Shown here: in pieces, positions 1 through 6,486 of the stretch
Position numbering within the stretch: the stretch's first letter is position 1
Layout: each line of letters begins with the position of its first letter
IMG/VR virus record: IMGVR_UViG_2622736468_000004
Source of the DNA: a virus
Taxonomy: Duplodnaviria > Heunggongvirae > Uroviricota > Caudoviricetes
DNA length: 11,617 nt
Reading direction: 5' to 3' (one strand)
The notes under the pieces: model-generated
What the model saw: the letters and a program-made list of their open reading frames with translations, nothing else
What the model was told of the DNA's origin: nothing
Database searches by the model: none
Position numbers and translations under genes: made by a program

Positions 1-113
1 ATGATCCCGTTACCTTCCGGGACCAAAATTTGGCTGGTTGCCGGTATCACCGATATGAGAAATGGCTTCAACGGCCTGGCTGCGAAAGTACAAACGGCGC
101 TGAAAGACGATCC
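1..113 (+). pseudogene. 5' fragment (about 38 codons) of a second IS66-family tnpB/orfB copy, cut off at the insertion point of the complete IS66 element
   Basis: Bases 1-113 translate to [38 protein letters not shown], near-identical to the N-terminus of the complete orfB at 1739-2086 (minus). Nucleotide differences (e.g. ttaccttcc here vs ttatcttcc in the full copy) show it is a distinct copy. The frame ends at taa 115-117, supplied by the IS terminus. Confidence 0.7.
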
Positions 114-139
114 GTAAGCGTGCAGCAAGAACCGTATTG
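114..139. repeat. IS66 terminal inverted repeat (end proximal to tnpC)
   Basis: Matches the reverse complement of 2529-2554 at most positions across the first ~21 bp. Confidence 0.7.
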
Positions 140-150
140 ACGGGGATGTG

Positions 151-1689
151 TTATTCAGTCGGCAGTGCTACGCGCCAGGGGAGCAGTTCGCCGACCCGGT
201 TTATCGGCCAGTCGGCTATGACGTCAAGGACATAGCGGAGGTAGCTTTCTGGCTCCACTCCGTTCAGTTTGCACGTCCCGATCAGGCTGTACAGCAGCGC
301 TCCCCGCTCTCCTCCATGATCCGAACCGAAGAACAGGTAGTTTTTGCGGCCCAGACTGACCATCCGCAACGCATTTTCAGCGATGTTATTGTCCGCCTCA
401 GCCCAGCCATCATCTGCATAGTACGTCAGCGCCGGCCACTGGTTCAGGGCGTATGCGAACGCTTTCGCCAGTTCTGAGTGTCGCGACAGGGTTTTCATCT
501 TTTCACGCAGCCAGCTTTCCAGGGATTTCAGCAGCGGTTTCGTTTTCAACTGACGTTCGGCAAGGCGCTGTTCCGCCGTCATTCCCCTTATCTCTGCCTC
601 GATGGCGTACAGTTCGCCGATCCGTTTCAGCGCTTCCTCCGTCAGGGCTGACGGGGTGCGAACGTGCACATCGTGGATTTTACGGCGGGCGTGAGCCCAA
701 CAGGCGGCTTCCGTTATCCGGCCATCCCGGTACAGCTCGTTGAACCCGGCGTATGCATCCGCCTGCAGTACACCACTGAACCCCGCAAGATGGGTCTGCG
801 GATGGATGCCTTTTCTGTCCGGGCTGTAAGCGAACCACACCGCCGGCGCCAGCGTTGACCCGGCGTTACGGTCGTCACGAACATACGCCCACAACCGCCC
901 GGTCTTCGTTTTCTTATTGCCTGGCAACAGCACCGGGACAGGCGTGTCATCAACATGGAGCTTACCGTCAGTCAGCACATAGCCATGAAGCGCCTCTTCC
1001 AGCGGAGACAGCAGCCGGCAGCATGCATCCACCCAGCCCGACAGCAGTGAACGGCTCAGCTCCACACCTTGCCGGCCGTATATTTCTGACTGGCGATACA
1101 GCGGGGTGTGCTCTGCATACTTCGAGGTCAGCACGCGGGCCAGCAGCCCCGGTCCGGCGATACCCCGCTCGATGGGCCGCGAAGGTGCAGGTGCCTGCAC
1201 GATGGCATCGCACTGAGTACAGGCATGTTTTTCCCGTACCGTCCGGATAACCCGGAAGGCGCTACGCATCAACTCCAGCTGTTCGGCGGTATCCTCGCCC
1301 AGATAACTCAGTGAACCGCCGCAGTTCGGGCAGCACGGCGCCGCAGGCAACAGTCGCTTTTCGTCACGGGGTAGTGATTCAGGGAACGGCTTACGGGTGC
1401 GGGTCTGACGCAACGGACGCTGTACTGCCGGGTCATACACCCTACCAGTCAGCGTATCGCTCTCTTTCTGAAGCCGGTTCAGATCGGCTTCCATTTGTGC
1501 GATACGGCGGGAGACTTTTTCGGAACGACTGCCGAAGTTCATCCGGCGGAGTTTATCCAGCTGCGCCTGCAGATGGTCTATTTCGCGCTCCCGGTTGCTC
1601 AGCTTTTCCTGCAGGGCGTGGATCAGCGATTCCTGTTCGGCCAGGCGCTGTTTCAGCAGGAAGATGTCGTCAGAAGAGATGTCGTTCAT
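151..1689 (-). CDS. tnpC: IS66-family transposase TnpC (orfC), 512 aa
   Basis: Long minus-strand ORF with ATG start at 1687-1689. Has an N-terminal coiled-coil/leucine-rich region, a CxxC...CxxC zinc-ribbon (CCPNCGG...CTQCD) and a DDE-type core characteristic of IS66 TnpC. Sits between the IS66 IRs downstream of orfB. Confidence 0.9.
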   Translation of the reverse strand: MNDISSDDIFLLKQRLAEQESLIHALQEKLSNREREIDHLQAQLDKLRRMNFGSRSEKVSRRIAQMEADLNRLQKESDTLTGRVYDPAVQRPLRQTRTRKPFPESLPRDEKRLLPAAPCCPNCGGSLSYLGEDTAEQLELMRSAFRVIRTVREKHACTQCDAIVQAPAPSRPIERGIAGPGLLARVLTSKYAEHTPLYRQSEIYGRQGVELSRSLLSGWVDACCRLLSPLEEALHGYVLTDGKLHVDDTPVPVLLPGNKKTKTGRLWAYVRDDRNAGSTLAPAVWFAYSPDRKGIHPQTHLAGFSGVLQADAYAGFNELYRDGRITEAACWAHARRKIHDVHVRTPSALTEEALKRIGELYAIEAEIRGMTAEQRLAERQLKTKPLLKSLESWLREKMKTLSRHSELAKAFAYALNQWPALTYYADDGWAEADNNIAENALRMVSLGRKNYLFFGSDHGGERGALLYSLIGTCKLNGVEPESYLRYVLDVIADWPINRVGELLPWRVALPTE

Positions 1690-1738
1690 AAGCCCGTATT
1701 TTACCGGGCTTATTCTGTGACAACCAGGATAAAGAGAT

Positions 1739-2086
1739 TTACAGCATGGTCAGGGAGGTCAGCAGCCGCTTAGGCTGTCGCCAGTCGATACCTTCCAGCA
1801 GCATCGCCAGCTGCGCCTGTGTAAGGAACACTTTGCCATCACGGGCTGACGGCCAGGCGAAGCGCCCACGCTCCAGCCGTTTGGTCAGGAGGCACAGTCC
1901 GTCACCGGTGGACCACAGCAGTTTAACCTGACTGCCGCTGCGGCCCCGGAAAATGAAAACATGGCCGGACATGGGATCGTCTTTCAGCGCCGTCTGTACT
2001 TTCGCAGCCAGGCCGTTGAAGCCATTTCTCATATCGGTGATACCGGCAACCAGCCAAATTTTGGTCCCGGAAGATAACGGGATCAT
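1739..2086 (-). CDS. tnpB: IS66-family accessory protein TnpB (orfB), 115 aa
   Basis: [33 protein letters not shown]... with ATG at 2084-2086; its start overlaps the orfA stop (ATGA-type overlap at 2083-2086), the typical IS66 orfA/orfB arrangement. Confidence 0.9.
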   Translation of the reverse strand: MIPLSSGTKIWLVAGITDMRNGFNGLAAKVQTALKDDPMSGHVFIFRGRSGSQVKLLWSTGDGLCLLTKRLERGRFAWPSARDGKVFLTQAQLAMLLEGIDWRQPKRLLTSLTML

Positions 2087-2462
2087 CGCTTCAGTTCCTG
2101 TATCAGCAGAGTCAGGAGCTTTTCGCTGACATTGCCATTGAAGCGGAGCGTCCCGTGCCGGAACGTTACCTCACAGCTGATACTGAGGGTTTTCGGGTCC
2201 TCTGCGAGCGATTCTGGCTGTTCGGCAGCTGCATCGAGAGTCACAGGAAGTAGCTGGGGCTCTCTGAAGAAGGTAATAGCAGCTTTCCCTCGCGCCATTG
2301 TTGTCGCCATTTGAACAACAGATTGGCGTTAATGCCATTTTCAAGAGCAAGTTTTGAGATGGATATCCCGGGTTCACAGGAGGCAGCAACGAGCTGCTGT
2401 TTAAATTCGGGAGGATAATTAGGGCAGCCTTTTCGCCTGCCGGGAGTCACATTTTTCTGCAT
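2083..2462 (-). pseudogene. tnpA: IS66 orfA (tnpA), split into two overlapping frames by an apparent 1-nt deletion in a homopolymer
   Basis: The N-terminal part (ORF 2241-2483; probable ATG at 2460-2462, MQKNVTPGRRKGCPNYPPEF...) and the C-terminal part (ORF 2083-2310, ...QLLPVTLDAAAEQPESLAEDPKTLSISCEVTFRHGTLRFNGNV...) overlap in different frames. Adding one G to the G4 run at 2256-2259 (C4 on the coding strand) would fuse them into one ~125-aa orfA reading ...SSESPQLLPVTL.... Confidence 0.65.
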
Positions 2463-2528
2463 ATCTGACACTTTGGTTCCCACTACTTATTTGGTGGACA
2501 CCACTTTGTCTAATTCGTCAGATTCTGA

Positions 2529-2554
2529 CCAGACGGTTCAGGCTGTACGCTTAC
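2529..2554. repeat. IS66 terminal inverted repeat (end proximal to orfA)
   Basis: Reverse complement gtaagcgtacagcctgaaccgtctgg pairs with 114-139. Confidence 0.7.
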
Positions 2555-2805
2555 GTACCATACACGCCACAGTTTTTATATCAGATTTCTTATGCTGGGC
2601 GTTCCGGCATGACGCATACTCTTCTGATGCCATATAACGAATTGAGTCGCTTTTAAATGTCGCAAAATCAAGAAATTAGTAAGAAAGAACAATACAACCT
2701 GAACAAGTAAGGGCAAAAATCACAACTATCTGACTCATAAGTGTTTTACTTATTTTTCAATGTGTTAAACATCATCAGCGAGAACAATAAACTACGATAA
2801 TCCAC

Positions 2806-2869
2806 TCTTTTTTTGCCCCTTTTTTGCCCCTTTTGCAGCGTTTTGCCCCATTTTTGCCACAAAAAAAAA
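2806..2869. repeat. Phased T-tract/GCCCC degenerate tandem repeats (5 units at ~10-11 bp spacing) followed by an A9 tract
   Basis: Read directly: ctcttttttttgcccc / tttttgcccc / ttttgcagcg / ttttgcccca / tttttgccac / aaaaaaaaa. The helical-period spacing of T-tracts predicts intrinsically curved DNA. Confidence 0.6.
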
Positions 2870-2898
2870 TTCCAAAACGTCTCAATCAAAGTCAAACC

Positions 2899-2939
2899 AA
2901 CCGCAGCACGTTCTTGCATACGACGTGACTGCGGTTTTT
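2899..2939 (+). terminator. Candidate Rho-independent terminator or structured RNA element on the plus strand
   Basis: Imperfect ~13-bp stem (aaccgcagcacgt ... acgtgactgcggtt, one bulged base) with an 11-nt loop, immediately followed by TTTTT (2935-2939). Confidence 0.35.
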
Positions 2940-3258
2940 CAACTATTCAGATACATCACTCCCATCACATTCATTCCTCCGCATCATAGGCATATAGGCT
3001 ATATCACCTTGATATTTTTCTTCTTCAGATAAAAACTGTTATCTATGTATACTTTTAAACCCAATCCGTGTAGACTCTCTGCATAAGATAGTTTGCAGTT
3101 GCCGCTTCAGCTTGCGCCATAAACCGCCTGATTTTTGCTGCCACCTGTTAGCATTCCTGTATACCTGAAACGACAATGTTTATCTACGAACTTTAAGAAC
3201 ACCCAAGATAAAAATTGTCAACTATATCATATATAACACATTACTAATTCGAGGCTAT

Positions 3259-3372
3259 ATGAACAGCATACTGATAATCACATCTCTCCTTATCATATTC
3301 AGCATTTTTAGCCATGCCCTAATAAAATTAGGGATTGGCATATCCAATAACCCAGACAAAACCGATGTATAA
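3259..3372 (+). CDS. Candidate small hydrophobic peptide (37 aa), [37 protein letters not shown]
   Basis: ATG at 3259 is preceded by GAGG (3251-3254) at SD-appropriate spacing and the product has a single predicted TM helix. It is not in the ORF track (below the length cutoff). Caution: AT-rich DNA yields hydrophobic ORFs by chance. Confidence 0.25.
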
Positions 3373-3440
3373 GTCAACATATCCTGAATCAGACATACAA
3401 TATCGCAATGAAAATCAATAATATTTTAAGGAATATCTTC

Positions 3441-3674
3441 ATGAAATCAAAAGACACCCTAAAGTGGTTCCCTGCGCAGCTTCCTGAAGTAAGAATTATC
3501 CTAGGGGGTGCTGTAGTGGAAGTAGCAAAACAGGGAAGACCTATCAATACCAGAACATTGCTTGATTACATTGAAGGAAACATAAAGAAAAAATCATGGC
3601 TGGATAACAAAGAATTATTACAAACAGCGATATCAGTTCTTAAAGACAACCAAAATTTAAATGGTAAAATGTAA
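3441..3674 (+). CDS. Hypothetical small protein (77 aa from the second ATG; the ORF track gives 88 aa from 3408)
   Basis: ORF 3408-3674. The internal ATG at 3441 is preceded by AAGGA (taaggaatatcttcATG), so 3441 is the favoured start. Basic, lysine-rich product with no family recognised by eye. Confidence 0.45.
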   Translation: MKSKDTLKWFPAQLPEVRIILGGAVVEVAKQGRPINTRTLLDYIEGNIKKKSWLDNKELLQTAISVLKDNQNLNGKM

Positions 3675-3922
3675 TATAATAAACTTACTTTTTTATCATT
3701 TTTCCACTTTAACAACATTTTGCTCCACTTTTCCACGACCAAACAACTTGAAATCTGGTTAAAATAACACGCAACACTATTCTTCTTCCTTGAGTCCGCC
3801 CGGAACTCGAAAAACAAACCGAGTTAAAGCCATTTTTCACAAAATCGATTTTGGGTCTCACCAAAATTACGGGGTTGCATACGCATTCGTTTATTTTCGA
3901 ACGTGTAGGTAATGACTCCAAC

Positions 3923-4426
3923 TTATTGATAGTGTTTTATGTTCAGATAATGCCCGATGACTTTGTCATGCAGCTCCACCGATTTTGAGAACGACAGCGA
4001 CTTCCGTCCCAGCCGTGCCAGGTGCTGTCTCAGATTCAGGTTATGCCGCTCAATTCGCTGCGTATATCGCTTGCTGATTACGTGCAGCTTTCCCTTCAGG
4101 CGGGATTCATACAGCGGCCAGCCATCCGTCATCCATATCACCACGTCAAAGGGTGACAGCAGGCTCATAAGACACCCCAGCGTCGCCAGAGTGCGTTCAC
4201 CGAATACGTGCGCAACAACCGTCTTCCGGAGCCTGTCATACGCGTAAAACAGCCAGCGCTGGCGCGATTTAGCCCCGACATAGCCCCACTGTTCGTCCAT
4301 TTCCGCGCAGACGATGACGTCACTGCCCGGCTGTATGCGCGAGGTTACCGACTGCGGCCTGAGTTTTTTAAGTGACGTAAAATCGTGTTGAGGCCAACGC
4401 CCATAATGCGGGCTGTTGCCCGGCAT
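3923..4426 (-). CDS. insB: IS1 InsB reading frame (expressed as an InsAB' fusion by -1 frameshifting)
   Basis: [53 protein letters not shown]... is canonical IS1 InsB. It overlaps insA in the -1 frame. Confidence 0.9.
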
Positions 4427-4620
4427 CCAACGCCATTCATGGCCATATCAATGATTTTCTGGTGCGTACCGGGTTGAGAAGCGGTGTAAGTGAACTGCAG
4501 TTGCCATGTTTTACGGCAGTGAGAGCAGAGATAGCGCTGATGTCCGGCGGTGCTTTTGCCGTTACGCACCACCCCGTCAGTAGCTGAACAGGAGGGACAG
4601 CTGATAGAAACAGAAGCCAC
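4345..4620 (-). CDS. insA: IS1 InsA (transposition inhibitor / N-terminal part of the InsAB' transposase), 91 aa
   Basis: [42 protein letters not shown]... is the classic IS1 InsA with a CxxC...CxxC zinc finger. Confidence 0.95.
4363..4369 (-). other. IS1 programmed -1 ribosomal frameshift site (A6C slippery heptamer) between insA and insB
   Basis: Plus-strand gtttttt at 4363-4369 is AAAAAAC on the coding strand, inside the insA/insB overlap. Confidence 0.8.
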
Positions 4621-4653
4621 TGGAGCACCTCAAAAACACCATCATACACTAAA

Positions 4654-5565
4654 TCAGTAAGTTGGCAGCATCACCCGACTTTCGAATACGGAATCATTTG
4701 TCACCCCCATTGATATGCAGGGTGTCTTCTTCCTGTATTTTTCGTGAAGGATTTTTACTGCAGCGTTGTTCCAGGTGACCTGATGGTGAATGCGTTTATG
4801 GCTGGCACCCATCAGTGAGATTTTTACGCACGACGGCGCATACATGACGGAGTAAAAACTTTTAACGTAGGTTCCGGAATCCAGATACAGCTCGGTCATT
4901 CCGCCGCTGTTTTTCTGCGTCTGTTTCTGCCCTAACTGGACAGCACCGATCGTCATAAACAATTCACCACAGCGGCCGAGATTCGTGTACGTATTCACAT
5001 CCTCGTTAATGCGCCCCATGAATGAGAACGGTCGATCAACCGAACAGATAAAGCTGTTCATTGCCTTGCGTTTCACCCACGAAGCATGGCCGCCATTGTC
5101 ACCAAGAAAATCCCCGCCCTGCGACATAGCGATGGAAAGAGCAGGTATTGATTCGTAGTACGCCAGCATTTCAGAAAGGATCGCATCCAGTTTCCTTATC
5201 GGAAAATAGGCCTGGTCATAGTTGCGATCCACCCGAAACTGGAACTCGTGATAATCATCATCGAGCTGAATGAAGTATTTACACCCGACCAGTTTTGCCT
5301 GGTCGAAACAGGCATTACGGGCGTAAAAAATTGAGCGGCGGTCACAGAAATTATCGGCTTCGTCAAAACGACTGGCGATATCGGCTTTGGAAAACACCAG
5401 CACCTGTTCACCAAATTCAGCCATGTACTGATGCCGTGTCTTATCTTCATCATCAACAACGATAAAAATTTTCCCGGTATAGCCAGCACGACGCAACGTC
5501 CGGTAAGTCAGAACTTTGTCCGGTCGCCCGTGAGTCAGAATAAAGGCGCAAAAATCATCACGCAT
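4654..5565 (-). CDS. Uncharacterised protein with a GT-A-like signature (tentative), translationally coupled to the upstream ParB-like gene; 3' end disrupted by IS1
   Basis: ORF 4654-5586; the favoured start is ATG 5563-5565 (MRDDFCAFILTHGRPDKV...), directly preceded by GAGGAGGAGG and overlapping the ParB-like stop (ATGCGTGA). The N-terminus has a beta-strand/THGRPD/...IFIVVDDEDKT layout and a later IQLDDDY, resembling nucleotide-sugar transferase DxD motifs. The last 6-7 codons and the stop (4654-4675) lie in IS1 sequence, so the native C-terminus is lost. Confidence 0.55.
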   Translation of the reverse strand: MRDDFCAFILTHGRPDKVLTYRTLRRAGYTGKIFIVVDDEDKTRHQYMAEFGEQVLVFSKADIASRFDEADNFCDRRSIFYARNACFDQAKLVGCKYFIQLDDDYHEFQFRVDRNYDQAYFPIRKLDAILSEMLAYYESIPALSIAMSQGGDFLGDNGGHASWVKRKAMNSFICSVDRPFSFMGRINEDVNTYTNLGRCGELFMTIGAVQLGQKQTQKNSGGMTELYLDSGTYVKSFYSVMYAPSCVKISLMGASHKRIHHQVTWNNAAVKILHEKYRKKTPCISMGVTNDSVFESRVMLPTY

Positions 5566-6349
5566 ATTCCTCCTCCTCACCACCATGCATGATCTCCACC
5601 ATGCGCTGCGTCATCCGGACAAATCCATTTTCAATAGCCTGCTGATAATCAATGATCACCAGCGCCGACTCCTCGAAAAAACACTGAATTTCAGCGGGGG
5701 CGTGAGCGTAATAGTCCGCAATTCTGCTGAAATTAAACACCGTGTGACGTTCTGCCGCACACAGGAGGAATTTCTCAATATCAGGCTCAAGGGACGCCGA
5801 ACGTATCCGGCTGATCAGCTCCTGAGTTTTCGTATCGTCGTACAGTTCACTGATATCCGGTTTACCGCCCGACGGCTCATAAACAGGCGTATCAATTTTC
5901 GTCGTATACGGCTCCTCCTCATTTCCTGTACCGGGCAAAACATCCGTCAACAGTTCATCAATTTCTGTCGGGATGAAGCCTGTCAGGGAGACATCAAAAT
6001 CAGCATTGATTAGGTCCGACAGCTCCATCCGCAACAGATCTTCATCCCAGCCAGCATTCATCGGCAGGCGATTATCTGCCAGGCGGTACGCCTTTTTCTG
6101 CTCATCCGTCAGGCCAGACAGAACAATGACCGGAACAGAATCCATTTTGAGCATTTCAGCCGCCATAACACGACTGTGACCCGCAATAATTTCGCCCTTT
6201 TCGTCAATCAGCACCGGATTAGTCCAGCCGAATTGCTTAATACTTTCTACCAGTTGTGCCACCTGCTCAGTACTGTGCGTCCTGGCGTTGTGCGCATACG
6301 GTGACAATTCTTGTAATGGGCGATAGACTATCTTTAATTTCTCGCTCAT
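5558..6349 (-). CDS. ParB-like nuclease-domain (ParB/sulfiredoxin fold) protein, 263 aa, acidic C-terminal tail
   Basis: ATG at 6347-6349 with AAGG upstream. The N-terminal region (PLQELSPYAHNARTHS...VLIDEKGEIIAGHSRVMAAEML) matches the ParB N-terminal domain, with an A-G-x-x-R-x-x-A-A box corresponding to the ParB GERRxRAA motif. The C-terminus ends in a GGEEEEYA acidic tail. Confidence 0.75.
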   Translation of the reverse strand: MSEKLKIVYRPLQELSPYAHNARTHSTEQVAQLVESIKQFGWTNPVLIDEKGEIIAGHSRVMAAEMLKMDSVPVIVLSGLTDEQKKAYRLADNRLPMNAGWDEDLLRMELSDLINADFDVSLTGFIPTEIDELLTDVLPGTGNEEEPYTTKIDTPVYEPSGGKPDISELYDDTKTQELISRIRSASLEPDIEKFLLCAAERHTVFNFSRIADYYAHAPAEIQCFFEESALVIIDYQQAIENGFVRMTQRMVEIMHGGEEEEYA

Positions 6350-6376
6350 ACAGCCTTGCTTTATGAATAAAACGCA

Positions 6377-6400
6377 CCCCAGCAGCCAGTGCTACTGGGG
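6377..6400 (-). terminator. Candidate terminator hairpin downstream of trkG (minus strand)
   Basis: Minus-strand RNA CCCCAGUAG-cacugg-CUGCUGGGG (9-bp stem with one G-U) followed after 4 nt by UUUUAUU. The non-adjacent U-tract makes it only moderate. Confidence 0.3.
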
Positions 6401-6486
6401 ACGGAGGTGTTGCTGGTAAAGTTAGGTATTGGATCAATGAGTGAGTCAACATAATATTAAACTCACAATTATAAATCAGCCATATA

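Larger units (their letters stand above)
114..2554 (-). mobile_element. Complete IS66-family insertion sequence (about 2.44 kb, ISEc8-like size), three-ORF organisation orfA-orfB-orfC on the minus strand
   Basis: Terminal inverted repeats: 114-134 gtaagcgtgcagcaagaaccg versus the reverse complement of 2534-2554, gtaagcgtacagcctgaaccg. Ends begin with GTAAGCG, which I recall as typical of IS66. Internal genes are orfA (frameshifted), orfB and the 512-aa orfC transposase with ATGA overlap between orfA and orfB. Boundaries are uncertain by about 1 bp. Confidence 0.85.
3908..4675 (-). mobile_element. IS1 insertion sequence, complete 768 bp, minus orientation
   Basis: Canonical IS1 termini: ggtaatgactccaacttattgatag at 3908 and ...cagtaagttggcagcatcacc ending at 4675. 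Contains insA and insB with the A6C frameshift motif. Confidence 0.95.

Noticed and set aside
148-1931. Plus- and minus-strand ORFs overlapping IS66 tnpC/tnpB in alternative frames (148-477, 453-743, 664-858, 714-956, 855-1250, 968-1213, 1108-1314, 1311-1691, 1495-1773, 1746-1931)
   Set aside because: All lie inside or antisense to the well-supported IS66 tnpC/tnpB genes. GC-rich sequence leaves alternative frames open by chance. Their products are Arg/Ala/Pro-rich and low-complexity, with no start-site support.
2132-2389. ORFs 2132-2314 (+) and 2171-2389 (-) in the orfA region
   Set aside because: Alternative-frame or antisense ORFs within the IS66 orfA locus; explained by the orfA frames themselves.
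2806-2869. Short tandem repeats as a possible CRISPR array
   Set aside because: Units are ~10 bp with no unique spacers and no cas genes nearby; far below CRISPR repeat and spacer dimensions.
3215-3237. TTGTCA / TATAAC promoter-like hexamers upstream of the 37-aa ORF
   Set aside because: Spacer is only ~11 bp, incompatible with sigma70 geometry.
3566-3921. Minus-strand ORFs 3566-3817 and 3709-3921 in the AT-rich region
   Set aside because: They overlap the better-supported plus-strand ORF or run into the IS1 terminus, have no Shine-Dalgarno, and give low-complexity products typical of chance ORFs.
3957-4649. ORFs 3957-4247 (+) and 4437-4649 (-) inside IS1, and their mirror images 10654-10944 and 10252-10464 in the second copy
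   Set aside because: Antisense or alternative-frame ORFs within canonical insA/insB, recurring identically in every IS1 copy as a by-product of the IS1 sequence.
4654-5565. Possibility that the ParB-like protein and its partner are small and large terminase subunits (position after the lysis genes fits cos/terminase)
   Set aside because: The partner lacks a recognisable Walker A P-loop (no G-x4-GK[ST]), and the THGRPD-to-VVDDED spacing is too short for a Walker A/B pair. Not fully excluded; a profile search would settle it.
5196-6179. ORFs 5196-5489 (-), 5585-6013 (+) and 5973-6179 (+)
   Set aside because: Alternative-frame or antisense ORFs within the ParB-like gene and its partner; no independent support.
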